Assembly: GCA_054600435.1 (NCBI GenBank)
Contig: BAAIJX010000009.1
Coordinates: 496,001-560,000 of the forward strand
Origin: Neophaeotheca triangularis
Lineage: Eukaryota
Reading direction: 5' to 3'
DNA: 64,000 nt
Shown here: positions 12,401 to 23,456 of the stretch, piece by piece
Layout: each line of letters opens with the position of its first letter
How positions within the stretch are numbered: the first letter of the stretch is position 1
Position numbers and translations under genes: made by a program
Notes under the pieces: generated by a model
Told to the model about the DNA's origin: nothing
The model's input: only the letters and a program-made list of their open reading frames with translations
The model's database searches: none

Positions 12401-15400
12401 CTACAAAAACCCCCCCAACCCCCTCCCCGCCGCCGCAGCGACAGCAACATGCCAAGGCACCGTCCCCTCTCTCGTCTCCCTGACGCCCCTGACCCTCCCC
12501 AAAAGCCCCAAATTCCTATACATCCACAGCGCCTGCTTGAGCAACAAGCCCGACTCGAGGACCGAAGTGGCGTCGTTGAAACCGCCGCTGTTGGCGCTCA
12601 CGCGCACGGACCAGTTGAGGTTGATGCGGAGGAGAGGGAGGGGTTTTGCGGTTGTTTGATTGGTGGGGCTGGTGCTGGGATTTGGAGGGAAGGGGAGGGT
12701 GGTGCCGCGTTTTATTAAGGCGCCGTGGCAGAGGTGGGAGCAGGGTGGTTGCGGGGTGGAGGTTTCGGTGGCCGGGTTGGTGGTTGTGCTGCTGTTGTTG
12801 CAGGTGCTGGCGTCGAGGAGCACGCCCCAGCTTTCGTCTGTGAGATCTACGAGGTGGGCGTCTGGGTCGGTCTCGGGCGGTGCTGGCGGCTGTGCTGGCT
12901 CGCTGGGGGCAGGGGTCGGAGGCGCGTTGGCGTGGCCGCTGGCGTCGGGAGAGACGGTCATGGCGGATGAGGCTTGTGGCGTAGATGCTGGGGTGAGAAA
13001 ACCGGCACCTGGCGCGCTTGGGTTTTGTGAGAATGTGTCGTTTGCGGGTGAAGTCGAGATGATGAGCGAGGTGTCTAGGTCTGCGGAGAGCAGAGCGACG
13101 TTGAAGGGATGAGGTCGCGGTCTGGAAGTTATGACTTCTTTCCAACAGCTCTTTACATTGTCGTCAAAGCTGTCGGTCGTTACGATAAAGATGCGCCATG
13201 AAGTACGGCGAGCTGAGATGATGTCTTCGGTCCTTTTCCACACTTCTGTGATGGTGTCCGCCAAGCTGGTTCCCAGTAGACAGAATGGCGTGAGATTCTG
13301 ATAGCGCCCTGTGTTATCAGTCCACGCCACTGTCAGCCATAAGCCATCAGGGCTGCGAGAGTAGGCAACATGCATGACCGAGCCCTCGTGCAAAAGGTCT
13401 TGTGGTGGGTCGACAGCGAGCTGGAAATTGATCTTCTTAGGAGGTGGACTTGCGAGCTCTACTGCAGGAGCTGTCGCTATCGGCAGGGTACCGGTATGGC
13501 TCGGTATGATCGAAGGAGCACAGCGGTCATAGACTTGCTGAGCAATCGACGCCAGATACTTAGGCTCAGGTACCACCAAAGTTTCCAGCGAAGCGACAGA
13601 GTCTATCGGTATGATTTGGACTACCAGGTCGCTACATTCTTTACTGCCCTTCAACGTGTCCTGGTACGCTTTGTACAGCATCCACGAGTAAACACCCAGA
13701 TATTGCGACGATTGAGCCGTGACAAAGGGGTCAATCATGTAGACAACAATAGTGCGGTCGACTTCGTCGGAGGCGACTTCACCGAGGTCTTTGGCAAGGG
13801 CGTTGCAAGTCTGCGCCCAGGCTTCTAGGACCTTGGACAGCGTAGTTTCACCTTCCTCAAGCACCACCGGCACCAAACCATGCGTATACGGATCATTCTC
13901 GTCCGTCCTATGCACGTGCGAGCCCAGTTTGCAGCTTTCGTACGCAGCGCCGAGTTCCGTGATGAAATCAAGCAAGGGCCCTTGAAGATCGTCGTTGTCA
14001 GGATACAAGATGTAGGCTCGTACGTTCTTCGGTCCATTCGCAGGCTCCAGTGTCAGGGCTTCCCAGAAGGGCAGTGCAGATGGTAGCATCTCCCAGTGCG
14101 AACTTGCACGCTGTACACGTATGTATGGCGCTTGGAAAGGAAATATCTCTGGGCCTGTCAGAGTTTCGGGCCGTGGGGGTGGGCGGTGTTGACCTTTGGG
14201 TGGAGGTGGACGTGGTTGTGCCTCTCGGGCGAGGGCGAGTTTGGTCAAATCCATATTGGTTGCAGCTGGGAGCGATCGGATGACCACATTACGGACTGTG
14301 TCGAGCGCTACAGAATCAATTGCACTCGCTCCAGGGTCCTTGAAATCGTTCCATAACTCCTGATTGCCGGCTGTGAGAGCATACTGCTCAACGAAAATCT
14401 GCGCGGCGCACACGATATCCGAATCAGATACATTGCATGCACGTGCGACCTTCATCGGATGGAACTCGGCAGCCAGAGTGTCTTCTGGGGCAACAGTAGT
14501 GACATCCTGGGAAGGCGATGCATCTGGACACGGCCAACTCGGGACTCCCAAGGTCTGCGATTGGCCTTCCATAACCGCCTCCAGTAGAGTGATTAATTTC
14601 CGTGTCGAAGCTCCGTCTACCTCCTGTTGCCCAAAGTTGTCGGGCCACATGCGTCCCAACGCACCGTCAACCGGGGTTCGGGCATCAGATCCACCGCCGC
14701 GTTTGCGTTTCCTGGTGTCCCATGGCAGTTTTGGCGGCAGGCTCTCATCACTCGCAGTCGAAGCCGATTCGTACGAGTCTTCTTCGCTCTCACTCTCGCT
14801 CTCACCATCATGTGGTTCTGCGGTCTTGGAGCGTTTTCTCTGTGATTCTGGATGGCGCTTCTTGCGCTTGGGCGGAAGGGCCAAGCCATCGTCAGGCACG
14901 AGCGCATCTGGGTCAAAGATTGGGAGGTTGTTGTATTTTGCGCTCAATTTGAAGTCGTTCCTGAACTCAACCGGATTAAAGCTGCTGCCTCTTCGAATGC
15001 TAGATACGGGCTGCTGTGCTTGCTGAGCACTTGCTGGGATAGGCGGAGGAAGAAGTCGTTCCTTGATGGCGAATGGGCTAAGTGGCTTTGGTTGAGAGGT
15101 GACTTCATCTTTTTCAAGCTCCGCGACGCCGTCCCCATCGTATATAAGCTCCTTGGAAGGAGATGGACCGCTCTGCGTAGATGGCATTAGCGAATCGCCT
15201 TGCGATTCGCTTTCTTTCTTGCTGCTTTCGACAGCTTCCATCTCGGGTTCGAACGGCACTGAAGCATTCGGAAAGATAGGCTCGGTGTCTGCAGCATGGC
15301 CCTCCTCTTCTTGGGCCGAGAGGTTGGCCGCTCCGTCACCACGCTGTAGGATGTCCGGTACTTCGCCAGGCGCGTCAGGCTCGTCGAAGAAGTTAAAATC

Positions 15401-16681
15401 GGCGTCGCCAACCTCATCGCCCCCAAAGTCTAGGTCTTCCATCTCTTCCCCGAACAGGTCGTCAGTATTGTCTTGATAGCCGTGCGCGCCCATAGAGGAT
15501 GCTAGGCTGTGACCCCTGCCCCTGACATCGGTAGGCTCATCAAAACCGTGGGAAAAGTCATTGTTTGTATTTTCGTCGGGCTGAGCAGATGGACCAGTGT
15601 CGGAGCTCAGGGGCTGAGCAGGCACAGAACCTGGTATTAAACCATCTGGTGGAGTCGGGTAAATGCCATTCACGTTCTGTTGTTCGGGTCTCTGGGCGAA
15701 CGGTGGAGATGTGACGAGCTCAGACGGTGTCTCCGCGTTCCTTGGTATCATCGCATTCTCGGTCGTGGTCTCTGGCTCGTTGCTTGGGAACTCGGTCACA
15801 GTTTGCAAAGCTTCCTCGCGCTCAGCGCTCTTGTCGAACCAGTCCTGGGCGATGGCAAGTGGGTTACGATAGCTCTCTTCGCTACCAATTCCGAACCATC
15901 GTTTCCAATGTATTCCCCTCTCACTAGTCTTGGATTCTTCTTCGTTCATGGGCAGACAGTATCGTGCCGGCCAAAGTACTTTGCTCAGCTCCGTATCGTG
16001 CTGCACATCCACACACACCCAATCTTCCTCTTCATCCACACTCAAACCCTCACATTCCAGAGCGGCACCAACTATCCGACTCCACGCCTCCTGATCACTC
16101 CCAGCAACCGAACCACTTGCAGATACCGTCGCTCTCGAACCAAAAGGTGCCAGCGAGACGACATCACCAGGCGAAACGCCAGCAACGCCATCGCCCCTCT
16201 TCTCCTCAGCAACAGTAGTCAACCGCAAAACCGCATCACCAAACCAGCCCGTTTCCACCCTCACCTCCACAACCCCCTCCCCCTCTCCAGCAGGAAACCT
16301 CCATTTCCAACCCGGGCACCTCACAACCCCAAACTGCCTCCCCAGCACAAACGACAGCATACCCTGCACAGCACCCAACAACGCAGCCCGCCTCTCGCGC
16401 CCCTCCAACCCTGCATCCAGAACCGGCCGCAAGCCCGCTCGCCGGCAGACATCCCCCACATCAGCAGTACCCGCGCCGACATCAAAAACATGCACGAGAC
16501 CTCCAAAGAGCGCAACAAGCGCGCCGCGCGCACGCAGCTCCGCAACAGCTTCCAAACCCCCCAAAGACACCGAGCGCGAAGCGTCGTCGCCCTCCCCGAC
16601 GCCAGACGCGTACACCGCGTGCGCGAAGCCCGAAGTGTCGACGCTCTGCACGTTGGTCGCGCACGCTTTGAGGAAATCCAT
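12401..16681 (-). CDS. SSN2: Mediator kinase-module subunit Med13
   Basis: About 1426-aa single ORF with WPA, GIYPTPPDG, DFNFFDEP, ALPFWEALTLEPANGPKN, YESCKLGSH, MHVAYSRS..WLTVAWTDNTG and PWHVA motifs of fungal Med13. Confidence 0.92.
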   Translation of the reverse strand: MDFLKACATNVQSVDTSGFAHAVYASGVGEGDDASRSVSLGGLEAVAELRARGALVALFGGLVHVFDVGAGTADVGDVCRRAGLRPVLDAGLEGRERRAALLGAVQGMLSFVLGRQFGVVRCPGWKWRFPAGEGEGVVEVRVETGWFGDAVLRLTTVAEEKRGDGVAGVSPGDVVSLAPFGSRATVSASGSVAGSDQEAWSRIVGAALECEGLSVDEEEDWVCVDVQHDTELSKVLWPARYCLPMNEEESKTSERGIHWKRWFGIGSEESYRNPLAIAQDWFDKSAEREEALQTVTEFPSNEPETTTENAMIPRNAETPSELVTSPPFAQRPEQQNVNGIYPTPPDGLIPGSVPAQPLSSDTGPSAQPDENTNNDFSHGFDEPTDVRGRGHSLASSMGAHGYQDNTDDLFGEEMEDLDFGGDEVGDADFNFFDEPDAPGEVPDILQRGDGAANLSAQEEEGHAADTEPIFPNASVPFEPEMEAVESSKKESESQGDSLMPSTQSGPSPSKELIYDGDGVAELEKDEVTSQPKPLSPFAIKERLLPPPIPASAQQAQQPVSSIRRGSSFNPVEFRNDFKLSAKYNNLPIFDPDALVPDDGLALPPKRKKRHPESQRKRSKTAEPHDGESESESEEDSYESASTASDESLPPKLPWDTRKRKRGGGSDARTPVDGALGRMWPDNFGQQEVDGASTRKLITLLEAVMEGQSQTLGVPSWPCPDASPSQDVTTVAPEDTLAAEFHPMKVARACNVSDSDIVCAAQIFVEQYALTAGNQELWNDFKDPGASAIDSVALDTVRNVVIRSLPAATNMDLTKLALAREAQPRPPPPKGQHRPPPRPETLTGPEIFPFQAPYIRVQRASSHWEMLPSALPFWEALTLEPANGPKNVRAYILYPDNDDLQGPLLDFITELGAAYESCKLGSHVHRTDENDPYTHGLVPVVLEEGETTLSKVLEAWAQTCNALAKDLGEVASDEVDRTIVVYMIDPFVTAQSSQYLGVYSWMLYKAYQDTLKGSKECSDLVVQIIPIDSVASLETLVVPEPKYLASIAQQVYDRCAPSIIPSHTGTLPIATAPAVELASPPPKKINFQLAVDPPQDLLHEGSVMHVAYSRSPDGLWLTVAWTDNTGRYQNLTPFCLLGTSLADTITEVWKRTEDIISARRTSWRIFIVTTDSFDDNVKSCWKEVITSRPRPHPFNVALLSADLDTSLIISTSPANDTFSQNPSAPGAGFLTPASTPQASSAMTVSPDASGHANAPPTPAPSEPAQPPAPPETDPDAHLVDLTDESWGVLLDASTCNNSSTTTNPATETSTPQPPCSHLCHGALIKRGTTLPFPPNPSTSPTNQTTAKPLPLLRINLNWSVRVSANSGGFNDATSVLESGLLLKQALWMYRNLGLLGRVRGVRETREGTVPWHVAVAAAAGRGLGGFL

Positions 16682-17367
16682 GCTCGCTCTCAAGCTGCTG
16701 TGCGCATCTGTGTGATCTGTGTCCTATTGGCTTCCTATTCTGAATGGACAGTGGTGGTCGTATCTGGTTTGATGGTGACGTGGCGCCCTGCTAGGGCACG
16801 TTGCGGTGGTGGTGGTGCGTTTCTATCGGGCTGAGGATGTGGTGGATCGGCCACATCGGCGCTGTTCGCGGGGGCAGACGAGACAGAGTGGGAAATGATC
16901 TTGGGTCGGGAGGGAGTGGTGGGTTGGCTGTAGAGATGGAATATGGTGGTGGAGGGAGCGTGGGTGATTAGGTAGGGACGAGAGGAGGTGCTGGTTAACC
17001 CAGCTGGGAGATTGATGCGCCGGCCCGGGTTCCGGCGTCCGCTTCGCTGTGACTGCGACTATATACTTATATTATAAACAAACTCTGGACGATGTAGGAG
17101 CCTTCTATTAGGCGATGGTTACGAGAAATGCGAGCATTCGTCTTCGAAACAGACAAAATATCAAGTGCCGAGTGTATTGTGAGACGTCCGCCGGGCCCAG
17201 GCTCTCGAAAGCGTGTCATTGCAGCACGCGCCCAGCGAGCACTGAGCCTCGATTGTCTTTCTATCTAATGGCCTAGGGATATCACACGCAACTCTACCTT
17301 GCTCTCCTTCACCTCCCCTCCGCTCCTCCAACCTCCCCTTCCTCTCCTACCGAACTACTCCCAAGCC

Positions 17368-18242
17368 TTAAGCAGCCTCAGTCCCATTCCCAGCAGCACC
17401 CTCGGTATCCAACGAGCGGTAAATACACGAAAGCACCTCACCCTGGGCATTGATAGTCTGGCCGCGAAAGAAGAACTCGCCCTTGGGCAAGCCCTCGCGC
17501 ATCTTCTCGCGCATCCCCGCGACCGCGTCCTCCATTCCCGCGCGCGCTTCTTCGATCTTCTTGGGGTCGATGCTGTCGAGCTTCTCTTTGGCGTCGGCCT
17601 TGGCTTTCTCGAACTTCTCCTCGAAGTCGTCGGGTAGCTCGGGCATTGGGGGCAGTTCTGGGATTTGGAAGTCGTGGGTCCATTCGAAGGGGCCGGCTTC
17701 GATGGGGCACGGTTTGGCGTCGAGGGCGTCGGGGATCTTTTGTTAAAGGGTGGCGGGTTAGTGGGTGGGTTTTGGGGGGGAGAGGGGAAAGCGAACCATT
17801 TCGATGCCTGCGCAGACGTCGCGGCTGTTGGTGAAGAGAACCTTCTCCTCGCCGCCCTCGATCTTGCCGATGGTCACTCTTTGCTGGGTGCCCTCGGTGA
17901 TGTCGTTCTTGAGAGTGCCGGTGATGGAGATGGTGGCGTTGGTGCCGCTGTGGGGGATCAGTATTAGTGGCGATAGTCGCCTTTTCTGCTGCGGGACAGG
18001 TTCTGTGCTCACGGTTCAGGCATCTCGGGCGTGATTTCGACGTCCATGTCGGTGAAGGAGTAGTTCGATGGGTCCTCGCAGTAGTGCGTGAACTTGGAAC
18101 CAGGGACGAGGGGACCGTCGCTGCCAGAGCTGCCAGTCAATTCGGTAGAACCGCCAGAAGGCGCAGCAGCGGCGCTTCCGTCTTGTGCCATAGAGTAGCC
18201 AGCCAGGGCAAAGGCGAGAGAGATGATCTGAGTGGTGTGCAT
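17368..18242 (-). CDS. Secreted ML-domain (NPC2/PG-PI transfer protein-like) lipid-binding protein (3 exons)
   Basis: Signal peptide; YCED..VEITPEMPEPG..ISITGTL..ITEG, DVC, CPIEAG and LSCI pattern of ML domains; two GT-AG introns (about 17948-18012, 17738-17796). Confidence 0.75.
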
Positions 18243-21200
18243 TTTGACTGTCGTTTTGTTTTTCGGTGGCTTCTCAAAAGCGACCGCCTGGAATAAAGTG
18301 TAAAGAACGAAGAATTGAAAAGTAGCACCAGGCTATTAGATAGGACAGTAGAAGGAAGAGAAAGTTGCGATTGTGTCTGGAGAAAGGTGGTTCTCACAGG
18401 TAGAATACCTACCTTTTATCCCCTCTATCACCTCGTTCCGGGTCAGAAGCGAGGAGACTGTCGAGCCCTGTGGCAAGAAGGCGGGACATCTTCTGGTACA
18501 GCCAATGTTTAGGATGCGATACCCAAGGGCCATGTACACCGGTGAGCTAAGAGGAAGGAAGCCTTCCGTCGACGCTTGAGTGACTTGGCCCGTCTGCTCG
18601 TCCGCTTACCCGTGTTGTCTTGGAGTGATGTTGTAACGTGCAGTCCTTCAGCATACCATGTCAAACAGCACCATCAGAAGTATCCAGTCTTTCGGGTATA
18701 ACTACCATCCTGGAAAACAGCGCGGTCAAGGCCAAAGTTGAAACGTGAGGAAGTTGAAGCAATAGCTGCCCCAGATCCGTAACCAGCGGGCTCCCGTGGC
18801 TGTCTCAGGATCACAATGCCAAGACTCCAATTTTCCGCTTGAAGCTCGAAGATGCCTTAGAATCCGCGGATAACCAGGATCTCGCTCGATGTATGTGAAA
18901 CTTCGAGCAGGTGATTCAACCACCTTCGCGAGATGTCGTGCGAAGTTGTGATGCCGATGTCGTAGCTTTGGTCTTCGTGGCCAAAGTTGACTTGACCGAC
19001 ACCAAGATTCCAGAGATACGGCGAGAACAACATCTTCACGATAGTTCGTCGCCTCCAGTAGTTTGCTGTTTCAGGACCCTCATCGCTTGAAACCTGAGCT
19101 GCTCCTACAACGCATTCCGAAAGGCGCATGGCATCCACAACTACAGCCTCGCTTTTGCAACAGACATCTCGCTCCATTTTTCTATTCCATCTCTTCTACC
19201 CTGCAAGCTCACTCACCGTCTCTACAAAGCATTTTAAAAAGTTCTGTTTCCCTCTTGCACCCAAGCCCTCATCCCGACAGCCCACGACATCTCAAGCATA
19301 AGCAGCGCCCTCCTCCTCTTGAGCTATCATCCGGATACCCGACAAATCAATGATCCCTCGTCGTGTTCAACCTATCTCCCATAAAAGAGCGAAAGCCGAT
19401 CAGGGCCAGACAATCGAGAAATCAGCGTACTGCAGCACCACCGAGTTGCAACTACTCTGAACGCCGACAAGACGGGAATGACAGCGACGACCTGCCCATG
19501 TCTCTACACCGCGCCACGAGACTCATGTGTAGCTTCGCCCGATTATGTACCGATCGCCATAGAATTCTGGCGTGTCCGGCTCTCCGTCGAGCCTTCCAGG
19601 TGCCTGTATCGCGATCGGTAGTCCTATAGATCTGGAGCGTTTGTGCCTCAGCAAGTGTGGCTTTGAGTGCTCGCCCTCTAGCACAGAGACGCTTGCAACA
19701 ATGAGGGAAGGAAGGAAAGGAGAGGAAGCCGTTCTTGGGGGAGAAATCCGACAATAGATGCGAAGCCACGGTGGTAAGGTGAAGAAGACAGATTTCTAAG
19801 ACTTGCCTGCGGTAGAACATGTGACGGTTCACGCCCAGCGATGTACCCCTATGCCATGCTCCGCCAACCAACGGTGTTGGGTTCTAGGAAAAGGTCTTTT
19901 GTTCGTAAGCGAGCGACCTGCGATGAACGGTAGCTATCTACCGTCTGAGTGTAAGGAGAGTCGCTTGAAACCAGGAGTATCTGGCAATCTTGCATGGTAG
20001 ACGGCTATCGATCGTCCATGCAGTGTTGCTTGTTCGTCGCTGCAACAGTGGCTAGTTATTGTTCGCTTGGTGTCTTGTGAGTGATTGGAGCCGCAGTGAA
20101 GCGATGTGCAGGATCTGATCTTAACGCTCGCTCGGGTGGTATCGAGGAGATGGTGATTCGAACGGTCTCTTCCTTACGGCGGTAACGCTCTCTAGAATCG
20201 ATACCCTCACGCATCGATCCCCACCAATTAGGTTATAGCAGGCGCCAGAAGTAACCTTGTAATCATCGTGGTGTATCGCAGGAAATTGAGAGCAAGCCAA
20301 TCGATAGGTTAGACGGATCAACACCGTCTAGGCGCTTCACAAGCGAGCGGCGGGTGGACAGGGCAAGATGGGTAATCTAAATCCCGATCTCCTAGTGTCG
20401 TGGCAACCAATTATCGGGGGGATTGCCATGGAGATTGGTTCCAATAATAGAGGTGGGGATGGGGCAGTTGGGGCAGTTGGCAAGGAAATGAAGCGTGCCA
20501 TATCGCAAACACCAAAGGCGGGTTTCTGCGTGCTCGATGTGCTCGATCTCTACGATTGTGAGGGCGGTGAGAAGGATGGCTGTCTAGCTGATTTCTTGGT
20601 GCGATCTGATATTATTGTAGGGCTGGCGTGTGGCGATGATGTTGTAACTGTACAGTAGACGCTTTGAAGACTCCGCCTTTTAGATGGATACGGCGCTACG
20701 GGATGCGTTGGTCATGGTCGATCGACCTTGTAAGGCGCGACTACTGATGAGACTCGGCTCTGAGCTGCGGGTCTGGAGAAGTCGTAGGTGGTGTGGCTGG
20801 TGATTTCGGCTCAGTGGCGTTAACTGTCCCCTGACGAGCCATGCCCGGCTGATGGATCGATGGTACTACTAGGTTAGGTACCCAAGGTACCTTACTACTG
20901 TGGTACAGCGATAGAAGGCGGGCAGCATGGATCCCAAGATGAAGAGCAAGCACTGCGACGACCGTTTGTGCTGCCCACCAACCAACCCCTTTCTTTGGAT
21001 GGTTTCACTACGAAGAGCGTCGCTCGTGCTGGCGCAAACTTACTGGACGGGTACCTAGGTACTAAGCAACGTCGTGTCCCGCTGTTGTGTCGGCATACCC
21101 GGTCCGTAGAGCTTGAAGTGCCTCCATGGATTGTTAAAAGGAGACGGGCAATAACCTGGAATGTGAGGGGGGAACAGCGGCCGTAGCCAATGATGCAATG

Positions 21201-22227
21201 ATGGCTACCATGTACACGGCCGCCTCCTTTCAATGTGCCACGATACCTACTTACTTACCCAGGTGTAGAGCGAGACGAGCATGACTTCATAGCCGGACCG
21301 CAATAACTGTCAACCTGTTCGTGAATTGAAACAAGAGTCAAGAACCGACACGTGCATCCACAGTCGGCGCCTGGGTGGGCAGAACCCAGGAAGTTTTCAA
21401 GGTTGGCACCTTGTTCGCCGCTTGGAATCTTGGAAGTGCTGCAGGGTTGCGGCGGGTAGGGCGTACGCCACAGCGCCAAGAGGAGCGTCTGGGCCAATGA
21501 TTCTTGCGTCACTGTAGAGACGACGGGATAGTCATGTACCTTAGTTAGCTAGTAGTGGTGTGAAGAAGACGGATCAAGGCTCCGGATCGAGGACTATAGG
21601 TAGGCATCTTGGCATGGTAGCAACGACAGCAGCAGTGGAGAGCATATGGATGGTTGAACGGTAGGGGGTAAGGTAGGCGAGCCACTGTCAGTACTGTAGT
21701 ATTGTCCAGTTGTTGTCCCTGCCATTGGCTCGTGGACACCAATTTTAGTTATTATCACCTGCCCAGTTTTCTTCAATGCCATGGAAAATCTCGCCACCAT
21801 CATCATCATCATCACCTTAGGTATGCTCGTACAGGTACCACCTCCTCAAGGCAGGTAACTTGGGTAACTACTTACTGTCTGCAGGCGGCGTGCAAAAGCT
21901 CCAGCCACAGTCCATTGCGTCGGCGCGCTTTGACTCTCCTGTCACCCGCCAAGCCCCGCTCCCAGCAACGGCCAGCCTCTCCTAATTAATCACTAGCAGC
22001 TCCGCGGTTAATCTTAAATCTGCCAGAGTCCTGAACTGCTCACCTCCCACAGCACCTTTTATTTACCACCACGCCCTCACCACATCTCACCTGCTTCTTC
22101 TTTCCCACCAGCAGAGAGCTTTCAATCTTCCACCAACTCCTCCAACAGCATCTTCAACGAGAACCAGCTCCCATCAACAAGCTCCTTCATCCACCAAACC
22201 AATCACACCCCGACAACCTCTCTCACA

Positions 22228-23456
22228 ATGAAGACCTTCACGCTTGTTGCCTCTGGCGCTGCTCTCGCTGTTGCGCAGGACCTCAGCTCTCTGCCTCAGT
22301 GTGGTGTAAGTCTTTCCGTCTTGCGCGCGCGCCCCCGGCTTGAGATAGTCTACTGACCTCAATACACAGCAAACATGCATCAACAACATGATCCAGATCG
22401 CCAGCTCTCAGCTCGGCTGCTCCACCGGTGACGTCGGCTGCTACTGCCGTGAGCCTGACTTTGGTTTCGGTGTCCGTGACTGCGCTCAAGAGGCCTGCCA
22501 AGAGGAGGGCGATGTCGCAACCGTGATCTCCTTCGGCACCCAGTACTGCCAAATGGCCATCGCCGAGGCCAGCGGTTCCGCAGGTGGCTCTGCTCTCTCC
22601 GTTCTCTCTTCCGCCACCGCCACTGGTGGTGCCGGTGGTGCTGGCGGCCAGACCACCCAGACTGGCAACAACCAAGGTCCTCTCGAATCTGCCACTGACG
22701 CAGCTGGCAACGTCGCTACTTCTGGCACCGGCGCTGTTGGCAACGTCGCTACATCCGGTACCGGCGCCGTCGGCAACGTTGCTACCTCCGCTACTGGTGG
22801 TGCTGCCAACCTAGGCACATCCGCGACTGGTGGTGCCGGCAACGTCGCTACGTCTGCCACTGGCGGTGCCGGTAACCTCGCCACCTCTGCTACTGGTGGT
22901 GCCGGCAACATCGCCACCTCTGCCACCGGCGGTGCTGGCAACCTCGCTACCTCTGCCACTGGCGGCGCCGGAAACCTCGGCACCTCCGCTACCGGTGGTG
23001 CCGGCAACATTGCTACTTCCGCTACTGGTGGTGCCGGCAACATCGCCACCTCTGCCACTGGCGGTGCTGGAAACGTCGCTACCTCTGCCACTGGCGGTGC
23101 TGGAAACGTCGCTACCTCTGCCACTGGTGGTGCTGGAAACGTCGCTACCTCTGCCACTGGTGGTGCTGGAAACGTTGCTACCTCTGCCACTGGCGGTGCT
23201 GGCAACGTCGCCACTTCTGCCACTGGTGGTGCCGGCAACGCAGCTGCTAGTGCCTCTGACGCTGCTACTCCTGGTAAGTCTTGTCTCGTTCACGAGCCCT
23301 CTCTCTACAATGCGCTAACACCTGATCCCAGACGGCGACGATGACGACAGCGACAACGCTGATGCCGAGGAGTCCGAGGAAGGTGCCGCTACCATGGTGA
23401 CCGCCGCTCCCTTCCTCATGGGCGCCGCCGCCTTCTTCGCCTTCTTCGCCCTGTAA
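22228..23456 (+). CDS. GPI-anchored CFEM-domain cell-surface protein (3 exons)
   Basis: Signal peptide; eight-Cys CFEM (PQCGQTC..LGCSTGDVGCYC..VRDCAQEAC..YC); Ser/Thr/Gly/Ala repeat stalk; hydrophobic C-terminus (PFLMGAAAFFAFFAL). Confidence 0.93.
22703..23240 (+). repeat. Coding 33-bp minisatellite, about 16 copies of AGN(V/I/L)ATSATGG
   Basis: Directly visible in DNA and translation. Confidence 0.97.

Noticed and set aside
22486..23318. Antisense and alternative-frame ORFs over the CFEM repeat
   Set aside because: By-products of the stop-free 33-bp coding repeat.
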